Below the pieces are notes generated by a model. That model did not search any database. It had not been told where the DNA came from and saw nothing but the letters and a program-made list of their open reading frames with translations. Made by a program: the position numbers and the translations under genes. This document shows positions 41,501 through 53,500 of a DNA stretch of 63,762 nucleotides, piece by piece. How positions within the stretch are numbered: position 1 is the stretch's first letter; every line of letters begins with the position of its first letter. The stretch is from Glycera tridactyla (lineage: Eukaryota): the NCBI GenBank assembly GCA_965644265.1, contig OZ286476.1:20336001-20399762 (forward strand), read 5' to 3'.

Positions 41501-44500
41501 GAACGACGTGACGTCAAGAAATCATCCTGGGTCAACGCAGGAACCACTGATGCTTCAACGCTGACCCTGAAATGTACTCGCCTTGTTGAGGGCAATGAGT
41601 ATCTATTCCGAGTTTACGCTGAGAATGCTATCGGACAGAGTGATCCTGCCGAGACTACAGAACCAGTCAAAGCACGTCTCCCATTCGGTGAGTATCTTAT
41701 GCATTCACCATACAACTGGAAAGTATGATTTTGAAGTATTGTATGGAATGAGTGCATCAATTTGAAGGACAGCTTCGATGTATGTTTACTGCTTCACCTC
41801 AGTTGGTTGAAAATATAGTGAGGCTACTTGAAATTACTCATTTCTCTGAAACCACGGTCTTTAAGCTGATTGCCTCCCACAGAAATTCATGCATTTTGCT
41901 TCTGAGTTTGGTTCAGTGCTTCCTAAAACAAATAAATTCCTGATGTGAATGATGTTATCCTCGAAATACTTCAACCAAAGTAAAGGTAGTTGTGCCGATG
42001 CCCTTTTTAGAATTGACCAGTATGCATGTGGAATTGGTTCACTCTATGGTTCGATGTGGTATAATATGTCTCATTGTATGGCATTCAGATTTATATCAGT
42101 GAATTGGTACTAATTGTCCAACATTATAGTGATTGACCATGCTATTGAACTTTTGAATTGTGGTTATGATGTGATTAATATTATTATTGTGATTATCTAT
42201 TCCCTTGTCATTTGAGATCCAAATCTCAATATTGCTGAATAGTTCTCTGTTGCCATGTCTATATGAGATTGTTTCTGTATGTTTTAGATCCACCAAATCC
42301 ACCTAGGAATGTCCAGGTGAAAGACATCACAAAGACGTCTTGCAAGCTGACTTGGGAAGTTCCTGACTTTGATGGTGGCTCTCCAATCACTGGCTACTAT
42401 GTGGAGAAGTTCTCTGGAACCCGCTGGTCAAAGGTCAACAAGAAGTCTATCAAGAACCTTTACATGGAATTCGATGACCTCATTGAGTTGTCTGAATATG
42501 AGTTCCGTGTAATTGCTGAGAATGATGCTGGTCAGAGCAAGCCATCAGACACCTGCGGCCAGTTCAAGGCTAAAGATCCATTTGATCCACCAGGTCGCCC
42601 AGATGCCCCAGAACCCGAGATGGCCAAGGACAGTGCTAAGGTGACATGGAAGCCACCAGAGAGCGATGGTGGGGCACCCATCACAAACTACATCCTAGAA
42701 ATGCGCCGTGTTGGTGATGTCAAGTGGGTTGTATGCAATAAGAAGGAGACAGTGACCGACTTGGAATTCACAGTCACTGGAATCACAGAAGAGACTGATT
42801 ATGAGTTCAGAGTCACAGCTGAGAACAAGGCTGGACCAGGTCAACCATCACCTCCATCCAAACCAGCCAGATACAGTAAGTCAATACCCATACAGATGTC
42901 CTTTTGGAAAAACTATCAGACTTCACCGTTTGAGAATACTGAGAAGCAAGACATTCAGTTCTTTGAATAAAATCTCAATCTCAATCAACCAACCAGCCAT
43001 ATGAAGGTCCATTTGCAGGGCATTTTGCGGTCATTAGCTTTCTTCAAGATAAGATCAATCGACTGATCTGAGGTCAATTCAGAAAAGGATGACCTAATTT
43101 GATATTCAAACTCATGATCCATTTTTTAACAAAATTTATGTTCTATTTCTTAACCAATATAGCTATATTGAGGAGATTCTCAAAATCTTCTGAATAAAAT
43201 GCAGCAAAAATGGTCTCCTAGATAGCAGGACTGATTTATAGCCAGTACCAAAAGTATCTGTTGATTTCCCAAATTCCTTGAAGAAATATTGCTGTATATC
43301 CTTCTAAGAATGATATTTATCTCCTCTAATAGGTGAGAAGATCACATTCATCCGTGAACTTGAGGACACTATCATAAAGGAAGCCAATAAGACAGTCACA
43401 CTGGAATGTGAGATTTCTAAGGAGAATCTCACTGTTGACTGGTATAAGGGCGACCGCAAAATCCGCCGTGATGAGAAGTTCGACATCAAGATGGAGGGCA
43501 AGGTTCACAAGCTCATCATTGAGAAATGTGACGTGGATGACATTGCCTCCTATAGTGCAACTTACAAGAATCTGAAGACTTCATGCAAGTTGGATCTTGC
43601 TATTGCACCCAAGTTTGAGGCAACTGAGGAGACACGCTACATGAAGGTGAGTCTGAATATACCCCATTATCCTGTTTAGCTACCAGGGTGTCTCAATATT
43701 GTCATCAATCTGCTGATTCTATACATACGTTATGGAGCTACCTGGCAAAAGTTGTTGATAAGTAATCAATTGAAATTGCTATTGGAATGATATCCTGAGG
43801 TGAACACAAGCTCTGATGGTTGGCCACAGATTATGACATCCTCTCTACAAGTTATTGAGCTGAACATCTCTTACCATAAGAGATAATTTGTTAGGGATAT
43901 GACAAACATTCTCTCTGTTTGCCAAATTAACCTACCTGCAGATGGTTGCCAGATCCCAGTCAGATGAAGGTACAGTGAAACCTGTCTTGGGAGACCCCTC
44001 TTTTGGGAGACCACCCTCTAATGGGAGACCGCTCTTTATCGGCTCCTCTCTATTTGACATCGCAAAATATACCTCCAATGAGAGACCACCTGCCTTGAGA
44101 GACCACTTTTTGTTGACGTTTGGGGCGGTCTCCCAAGACAGGTTTTACTGTACTAAATAGAAATGATATGTCATCTAGAAACTTTGAATGTTAGTGAACA
44201 TCAACTATTGCACATCACAGGTACATAAGTTTATATGATTGCTTTGTGCAGAGAAAATGGGCCATGAGTAGGTCCTCAGTTGTCATTGATTTCTCATCAG
44301 TGTTGATGTTGTTTTGCTTTATGTTATTCTCACCTGATTCCAGTTTCGAATGTGGACAATTAGACCTCCTCCTGCAAGCTTATCTGTTTGGCTAACTGAG
44401 AAAACTTTAGCGGAATCCCCTGCCGATGATCTTTATCTTAAGTGTGACACAACAGAATGGGGACCTGTTTCCCTGTACAAGATGTTGCAACTGAACAGCC

Positions 44501-47500
44501 TGATGTATATGCACCATTTTTATCATTCCAGGTTGGCTCTCATGACAAGATTGAGCTGATATTTGCTGCAAACCCAATGCCTGAGGTGGAGTGGAAGTTC
44601 AACAATGGCAAGCTGCCTGATGCTCGCCGCTTCAAGACTGACATCATCCGTGGCATGACCTCCATGACTATGACCAAGCTCCAGCGTCCTGACAAGGGCA
44701 ACTATGTTGTTACCCTGAAGAACGAGCATGGACAGTCATCACTCACTGTCAAACTCATTGTGCAAGGTGAGTAGAATCTCTCCTAATGCTGAACATCTTA
44801 CCATACTATAAATGCACTTATGAATGTGATTATGGCTTTTGTTCAGAGGTAGTGGGTGACTAATTGAGACAAAATCATGAAGGTCGTTTGTATATCATCT
44901 TCTCGTGATAAAGTGATATGAAATGCCTTAAGAGAGCTAATCTAATGATGTACTGCAAAGGTGAGAAGCTTTCAGATTTCCCATGAGGAATCTTCATCAG
45001 CTCATGGCTACTGTGTCACTGCAGTATGAAAAACATATTCATGATGTTTCTAAAGAAATCTCCTTCTTTGAGCATTCAAAGTAACCATTATTCCAAGGAT
45101 GTTCTGAGTGAATCACTAGCATGTTCAATCTTCCTTTGGATAAAGGTTTATGTAAGATTAACTTTTAAAAATGAAATTCGTTCCCTTTTCACAGATGTTC
45201 CAAGTGCACCAGATCGCTTCCGTCCTACAAAGGTTACAGAGAACACAGTGTCCTTGGTATGGGAGGAGCCAGTTGATGATGGTGGCAGCGCGATCACTGG
45301 ATACAAACTGGAGAGACGTGAGGCCAGCAAGCGTAACTGGATTTCCGTTGGTAACTTCACTGAGATGGAGACCACAGTCACTGGATTAACGGAGAAAGTC
45401 CCATACCTCTTCCGTGTTGCCGCTGAGAATGAGATCGGCATGGGACCATTTGTAGAGCTCTCAGAACCCGTCACACCGAAGAGCCAGCATAGTAAGTGGA
45501 CCTGAATCATTTACCAGCAATTCAACAGTCGTTGCATCCGGAACATGAACTGTATACCCTTAGAGATACTATGAGAATGTTGCCAGCAGTATGCTTCTTT
45601 CAGCATAGAAAACATTCATTAAATTTCTACTAGTACTCCTGTTATGTAAGTCAAAAATGTTTCCAGGAATTACATCTATGTCACGAAATATTTGCAATCA
45701 TCAAGAGATCTAGCTACATGTAGTATCTTTGCTCTTGAACAAAAACTGGTAGATTTTTACAGTGATTCAGCTTAGCTCACAAAAGCTAATGTTGTTTGCC
45801 AATTTTGTAACTTAGGTGAAGCTTCTTCAACAAAACATCAACCACAACCATAATGGCAAACCATTACTTCTATTAGCAGCATATATCTTGTAAAGGTAAC
45901 CACTGCCATCTGGTGGTACATTAATCCACTGACAATGTAAATTGGTGTTGATTGATATGGAGCAATTGAATATAGATAATACCATCAGCGAGTACTCTGC
46001 TAACATTGAAATCATTTGAGGAATGGTTTCGAGATATTGTGAATTGAGTGCAAAAATCTGCTCAAAGTCAAAAGGCAATCATCAGTGGTACTTTTATTTG
46101 GATTAATTTTTTTGGCAATTTTGAAGGAGCCATTGGAGAATTGCTATGTGAAGCACCTTCGATACTACATCATGGCATGTATGGAGTGTTGAAAGAATGC
46201 AACCATTGATCTGTGTACAACTGTTATTTGATTGACTGATTCTTTTCTGTAACAGACCCACCAGGTGCTCCCGAAGAACCAACTGTCTCTGATGGGATGA
46301 AATCAAGCTGCGTTCTGACATGGAAACCACCAACAGATGATGGTGGCACCCCAGTCACCGGCTATTTCATCGAGCGACGATTGACCTCATCCACTCGCTG
46401 GGTCAAGGTCAACAAGGATGCGGTCACAGAATTGACTCTGAAGGTCAAAGAACTGATTGAGGACAATGAATATGAGTTCCGTATCTATGCTGTTAACAAG
46501 ATTGGTGAAGGTCCACCTAGCTCACCAACAGCGCCATTCAAGGCTAGAGACCCATGGGGTAAGTTATCATGTGTTGAATGACCGTCATTGTTAGGTATTA
46601 ATTTTGGTGAAATCCTCAAGGGCTTTCGCTGTTGCATGATTGCTCAAATTTGAAGCAAATTTGAGCTCATTGCTGGACATTTACTTGGCAGTTATAGTCA
46701 TTATTGGTTGTCTACTTTTGTGAAGGGAAGAAGTAGCCCCTCCATCTCATCTGAAAATGTAGTGTAATGATTAAGAGCCATCTCCTGAAAAGAGAAGGAT
46801 GCGAATGAAAATTTGTCAACCCATATTTGTGTACATATTATGCCAGAAACCATTACCTAGGTGAAAGTAGTAATGCTGCCTAAGTAACATTGTTGCTAAA
46901 ATTCCGTGCCATAGTACATCAAACACTTCGAGAATATTGAAGCATTCTGATTCCAGCACTAGGTCCACCATCAGGCAAATTGGAATAAAGAGTTCAATCC
47001 TATATTTTTCCGGCCTGTCATGGTGGCTCAGTGGTAGCATGCTGGGCTGGCGTGCAACGGGTCTGGGTTCAATCCCCGGCCCTACCATGCAGGAATGTTT
47101 CACCCGTCATCTTTGCTCCTCCTTGGCAGGTGGTTTGATTTAGCCTACTCAAGTGCAGAAAGTGGACCTAAAACCTTAACATTTCATTTATTTTTCTATG
47201 TTTTTCCACAGATAAACCTGGTAAGCCTGATCCACCAGTGATTGCCAAGACAACCAATGGTACAATCACCCTCAAGTACAAGCCACCAGAGGATGATGGC
47301 GGTGCTGAGATCTTCAACTACGTCATCGAGTACCTTGCAGAAGGTGCATTCAAGTGGGTCCAAGCAAACCGGGAGAATGTTGCGGACCTGACCTATACCA
47401 TCCGTAATCTTGACCAAGACACAATGTATGAGTTCCGTATTGCTGCTGAGAACAAGGCTGGTGTTGGACCACCATCTGACAAATCCAAAGCAGTTCCTGC

Positions 47501-50500
47501 TCGGGAAATCATTGGTGAGCATAATGTGAATGAATGTTGTGAATATTGATACATTTGCATGATAGCATGATTTTTATTTCTGCATTATCCATGACATATC
47601 ACAACAGATTTGTCAAAGTCTGGGTCATTGCCAGAGTGTTTTTTCCAAACAAGCATAGAAAGAATTTAGAGTAAGATCAGCGAATCACTCTGACAATTAT
47701 CTAACATGATCATCATCGAGGAACTTTCAAAGATGTATCAATAGCTTGAGTAAGTTCTATTCCAGCATGGGAGGTTTGGCATAAAGTTTGTAGATAGACC
47801 GTGGGAATACAGTTTAACCTGTCCTAAGCAGCCTATATACCAATCAGTCATCTACCTTAAGAAGCCACTTTTGAATTTCCTGCTGGAGATTTTTTTTAGT
47901 ATAATTCATCTGTTCTAAGCAGCCACTTTTTACCCTTCAGAAGGGGGGCTGCTCAGGTCAAGGTAAACTTTAAATTTCATGATGTATAATACATTTTTCA
48001 TTCATTGTCCTAATGGGGTATCTGAGAAAATTCATAAATCTGACATCAAATTCTTACAGATTCTTGATGGAGATTTTATTTCTTTCTTTGTTCAGATGGA
48101 AGTCCACCAAAGGTGACAGAGGAACTGCAGGATGTCCTGACTATTGCCCCTGCCAACACCAAGCTTGAGTGTGAGATTGATGGTGGCAAGCCATTGGCCA
48201 GTGTGACATGGTACCGTGATGGACGTGAGGTCTATACTGGTGATCGCTACACCACATCTTACTCTGATGATTCTGCTGTCCTAACCATCAAGGAGACAGT
48301 ACTGACTGATGCTGGTGTCTACAAATGTGAGGCCGTCAACAAACTTGGACGTTGTGACACTACTTGCCACCTCACCGTACAAAGTGAGTGATAAGTCGAT
48401 TTGAATATTCTGTTATCAAAGAGATGTCACCATTGTTGATTATAAACAACTGTATTCCATGATGACTTAATGTGAGATCTCCAATAGTTCATCATCACAC
48501 TGTATAGTTGATCTCCGATTCTATAATCATCAGCCCCTTCTTTTTTCCTCTCTCCTTTCTCTCTTCTCTCTCTCCCTCTCTCTCTCTCTGTCCCAGTCTC
48601 TATTTATCCATCTCTGTCTGTGAATCAGTCTCTCTTAAATACACACACACAATCACACTCTTGTGCACACACACACTTACATGCAAACACATATCTAGAC
48701 ACCCCCAACACATGCATCTTAATGAAGACACACCACTATATGTGTCCTTTGACTTGTATTTTCCAGGCAAACCAGTCATCACCTATGATGCTGTCCTCAA
48801 GGAAGGCGTATCACTGAAGGCAGGTGCCTCTCTCATTCTGATGGTGAACATCAGTGGTGAGCCACAGCCTCGTGCCTCCTGGTTCCTTGGTGATGAACAG
48901 CTATATGATGGATCAGAGGGTGTCACCATCGAATCTGGTGCTGACTTCTCACGTCTGACCATCAAACCGGTACAAGGGCAACACAGCGGAGTGTTCAAGG
49001 TTGTTGCTGAGAACAAACATGGCAGTGATGAGGCCACATTCAATGCCACAATCATTGGTAAGTATCCATATCTCAGATCTGTCTCAGATCTACATTTATG
49101 TGATACCTATTTCAGTCATTTATGTCATTAGTATGCAAATTTTCTCACATGCAGAAGGTGGAGAGGTAATTTGCCTCTCTGTAGCTTTACAGTTAGTTGC
49201 ACTAAATAGAAGTATAGAGTTTTTCAATAAGTAGAATCACCAATGGGTCTGTACTAAGTCCATTGCCAACATACAAATGTAAAATGTATGACATTGGTCT
49301 CTCATTATCCTGTATATCACAGATCATGGAGGACCTAGTTACGGCATTTGCAACAACATTGTTATGTTTCAATGATCCATGAATTGTGAAACTCTTTATT
49401 CATGTTCTCATAAGATGCTTGAAAGGCAATTGTAATCCCTTTTATCAATTCCCTTTTTTGTGACTGCTGATTTTGATGAGTAATCGAGCCTAAGTGTCCA
49501 AAACGATGTCAAGATATTAGTCTATGTAATGCATCACAATTTTGAATGTGAATGTATGATTTATGCTATCATTGATATTTTCAGACCGTCCATCCGTGCC
49601 TCTGAATCCACACCATACCGAGGTCTACAAGGATTACATCACCATTGCTTGGGAGACACCCAAGTCTGATGGTGGCTCACCAATCACCGGATACATTGTA
49701 GAACGACGTGACATCAAGAAATCATCCTGGGTGAACGCAGGAACCACTGATGCTTCAACGCTGACCCTGAAATGTACTCGCCTTGTCGAGGGCAATGAGT
49801 ATCTATTCCGAGTTTACGCTGAGAATGCTATCGGACAGAGTGATCCCGCTGAGACTCCAGAACCAGTCAAAGCACGTCTACCATTCGGTGAGTTCCTCGT
49901 GCATTCATCATGAAATTGGGGAATATGAATGGATTATTTATGGAATTGGTGCACCAAAGTAAACTAGAGCCTTGATGTATATTTGAATCATCATTCTTGC
50001 TTCACCTCAGTCGGTTGCAAATATACTGAAGCTACTTGAAAATGCTCATTGCCCTCTATCCAGTGTCTTCAGGTTTCATATATGGTTCAATGTATTCTCT
50101 TTGGTATAATATGTCTCATTGTATGGCATTCAGATTTATTTAAGTGAATTGGTACCAATAACTGTTGAACATCGTAGTTATTGACCATGCTGTTTAGATA
50201 TTGAACTGTTGATTTGTTGTTATTATCATATATTTTTATTGTAATTATATCATTGTCTTGTCACTTGAGAGCCAAATCTCAGTATTGCTGAAAAGTTCTC
50301 TATTGCCATGTCTATATGAGATTGCTTCTCTGTGTTTTAGATCCACCAAATCCACCTAGGAATGTTCAGGTGAAAGACATCACAAAGACATCTTGCAAGC
50401 TGACTTGGGAAGTTCCTGACTTCGATGGTGGCTCTCCAATCACTGGCTACTATGTGGAGAAGTTTTCTGGAACCCGCTGGTCAAAGGTCAACAAGAAGTC

Positions 50501-53500
50501 TATCAAGAACCTTTACATGGAATTCGATGACCTCATTGAGTTGTCTGAATATGAGTTCCGTGTAATTGCTGAGAATGATGCTGGTCAGAGCAAGCCATCA
50601 GACACCTGCGGCCAGTTCAAGGCTAAAGATCCATTTGATCCACCAGGTCGCCCAGATGCTCCAGAACCCGAGATGGCCAAGGACAGTGCTAAGGTGACAT
50701 GGAAGCCACCAGAGAGCGATGGTGGAGCACCCATCACAAACTACATTGTCGAAATGCGCCGTGTTGGAGATGTCAAGTGGGTGGTATGCAATAAGAAGGA
50801 GACAGTGACCGACTTGGAATTCACAGTCACTGGAATCACAGAAGAGACTGATTATGAGTTCAGAGTCACAGCTGAGAACAAGGCTGGACCAGGTCAACCA
50901 TCACCTCCATCCAAACCAGCCAGATACAGTGAGTCAATGTCCATACTTCTGTGAAAAACTTTATCAGATATCCGCATTTGAGAACACTGAGAAACAAGAT
51001 ATTCAGTTCTGTGAATATAGAAAACATTCCTGGAATCCCTGCTGAATATCCTTCAAGTGTGTCAAAAATGAAGCAGAGCTTCTTTTCAGTTTGAATATAA
51101 GCAGACATAAGCAGTAGCATGCTGGGCAGGCGTGCAATGGGTCTGGGGTTCAATCCCCGGTCGTACCATGTAGGAATGTTTCACTCTTCATCTTTGCTCC
51201 TCCTTGACAGGTGATCTGATTTTTTTGTGATCTATTTTCAAATAAACTTTTGATCCATCTCTTGACTAATATAGCAGCAACGAGAAGTTGCTCACTCCTG
51301 TATTTTTGAAGGAAATGCAGCAGATATACATTTCTAGATCACAGGACTGAGATGTAGCCACTACCAAAAGAATCTGTCAATTTCCCATGTTCCTTGAAGA
51401 AATATTGCTGTATATTTTTCAAGAAAGCAATGTTTCTTTTCTAATAGGTGAGAAGATCACATTCATCCGTGAACTTGAGGACACTATCATCAAGGAAGCC
51501 AATAAGACAGTCACACTGGAATGTGAGATTTCTAAGGAGAATCTCACTGTTGACTGGTATAAGGGTGACCGCAAAATCCGCCGTGATGAGAAGTTCGACA
51601 TCAAGATGGAGGGCAAGGTTCACAAGCTCATTATTGAGAAATGTGACCTGGATGACATTGCCTCCTATAGTGCAACTTACAAGAATCTGAAGACTTCATG
51701 CAAGTTGGATCTCGCTATTGCACCCAAGTTTGAGGCAACTGAGGAGACACGCTACATGAAGGTGAGTCTGAATATAGACCATTATTCTGTTTAGCTACCA
51801 GGGTGATTTGGCCATGGCCATATTGTCATGAATCCATTGATTTTATGCATGCATTATGGAGCTGCCAGTCAAAATTTATTCAGGTAAACTTGTTGATAAC
51901 TTGTCAATTGAAATGGCTATTGGGATGATATCATCAGGTGAACACAAGCTCTGATTTTGGCCACAGATTATCTCTTACCATAAGAGATAATTTGTTTGGG
52001 ATTTGACAAACATTTTCTCTGTTTGTCAAACTAAACTGCCTGCAGATGGTCTCCATATCCCAATCAATTAAAGTTACTTTATACAAATGATATATCAATG
52101 AGAGATTTGTTGAATGTTAGTGAATGGCAGCTATTGCTTATGAGAATAAGCTCCTCAAAGGTACCTGATTATATTTTATCGATTTGGGCAGAAAAATCGA
52201 CCAGAAATAGGTACAAAAGGTTAGTGACCGTTAGCTGCAACTGAACAGCCTTATGTATGTGCACCATTTTCATCATTCTAGGTTGGCTCTCATGACAAGA
52301 TTGAGCTGATATTTGCTGCAAACCCAATGCCCGAGGTGGAGTGGAAGTTCAACAATGGCAAGCTGCCTGATACTCGCCGCTTCAAGACAGACATCATCCG
52401 TGGCATGACCTCCATGACCATGACCAAGCTCCAGCGTTCTGACAAGGGCAACTATGTTGTTACCCTGAAGAACGAGCATGGACAGTCATCACTCACTGTC
52501 AAACTCATTGTGCAAGGTGAGTAGAATCTCTCCTAATGTTGAACCTCTCACAAAAAACTCTCCATCTTTCCAGCTTGGTCCCTTTCTCATACTATGAATG
52601 CACTTATGAATGTGATTATGGCTTTTGTTCAGAGGTAGTGGGTGACTAATTCAGACAAAATCATGAACGCCATTGGTATATCATCTCTTTATGATAATAT
52701 CATAGTGGAAAAATAGGTGTTTTAGGATTATTGAAATATTTTGAATCCTCATTGTATTTCTATGTATGTGAATTGAATAGAACCACAGCAGTCAGCAAGT
52801 CTGTGATGACACACAAGCCAACGTCCGGCAAGTGGGTGAAGCCATGAGAGTCCTCTGGTACAAAGTCATTAGCCAACAGGACCATGCTGGGAAATACCGG
52901 CCTGACTAGCCATGACTGTGATTCAGTCATCCAAACCTATAAACGGAAAGTCACCAGCCTCCCTGCAGTCAGTCAGACACAGTCAGACAGCCAGAGTCAG
53001 TTAGTCTGATGATAGTGTTTGGATTTCGTCTCGGACACTATTTCTACATATGGGCCGCCTTTGAGTGGCTTCCTAATTGTACACTATCTGGACATCCCAT
53101 GCCCCGCACAAGTGCCCACTCTCCTCACTGACTTATTCTGCTTGGTTCCAACTCTCTACAAACTCTCTACTGTTGAATCAATGAATGCTACAACATTTCT
53201 ACAAGCTGCGTTGGATTATACCTAACCTGCGAGTGTTCTACGTAATGTGATTCCATGTGCTCATCCCATGGTGAACTGTAACATTTATCCCCCGCGTTAT
53301 ATCACATATGAGTTCTGCTGAACTGCGGCAAAACCCATATGGTAATGAAGTGAAATGAATTGCCTTAAGAGATCTAATCTCATGATGTACTGCATATTCA
53401 TGACGTTTCTGAAGAAATCTCCTTCTTTGAGCATTCAAAGTAACCATTATTTCAAGGATGTTCAGAGTGAATCACTAGCATGTTCGATTCTTTATTTGGA

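Noticed and set aside
47012-47085. tRNA gene
   Set aside because: A and B boxes are present but there is no convincing cloverleaf; it continues into a body shared with 51112-51215 and has a TSD, so it is a SINE head.
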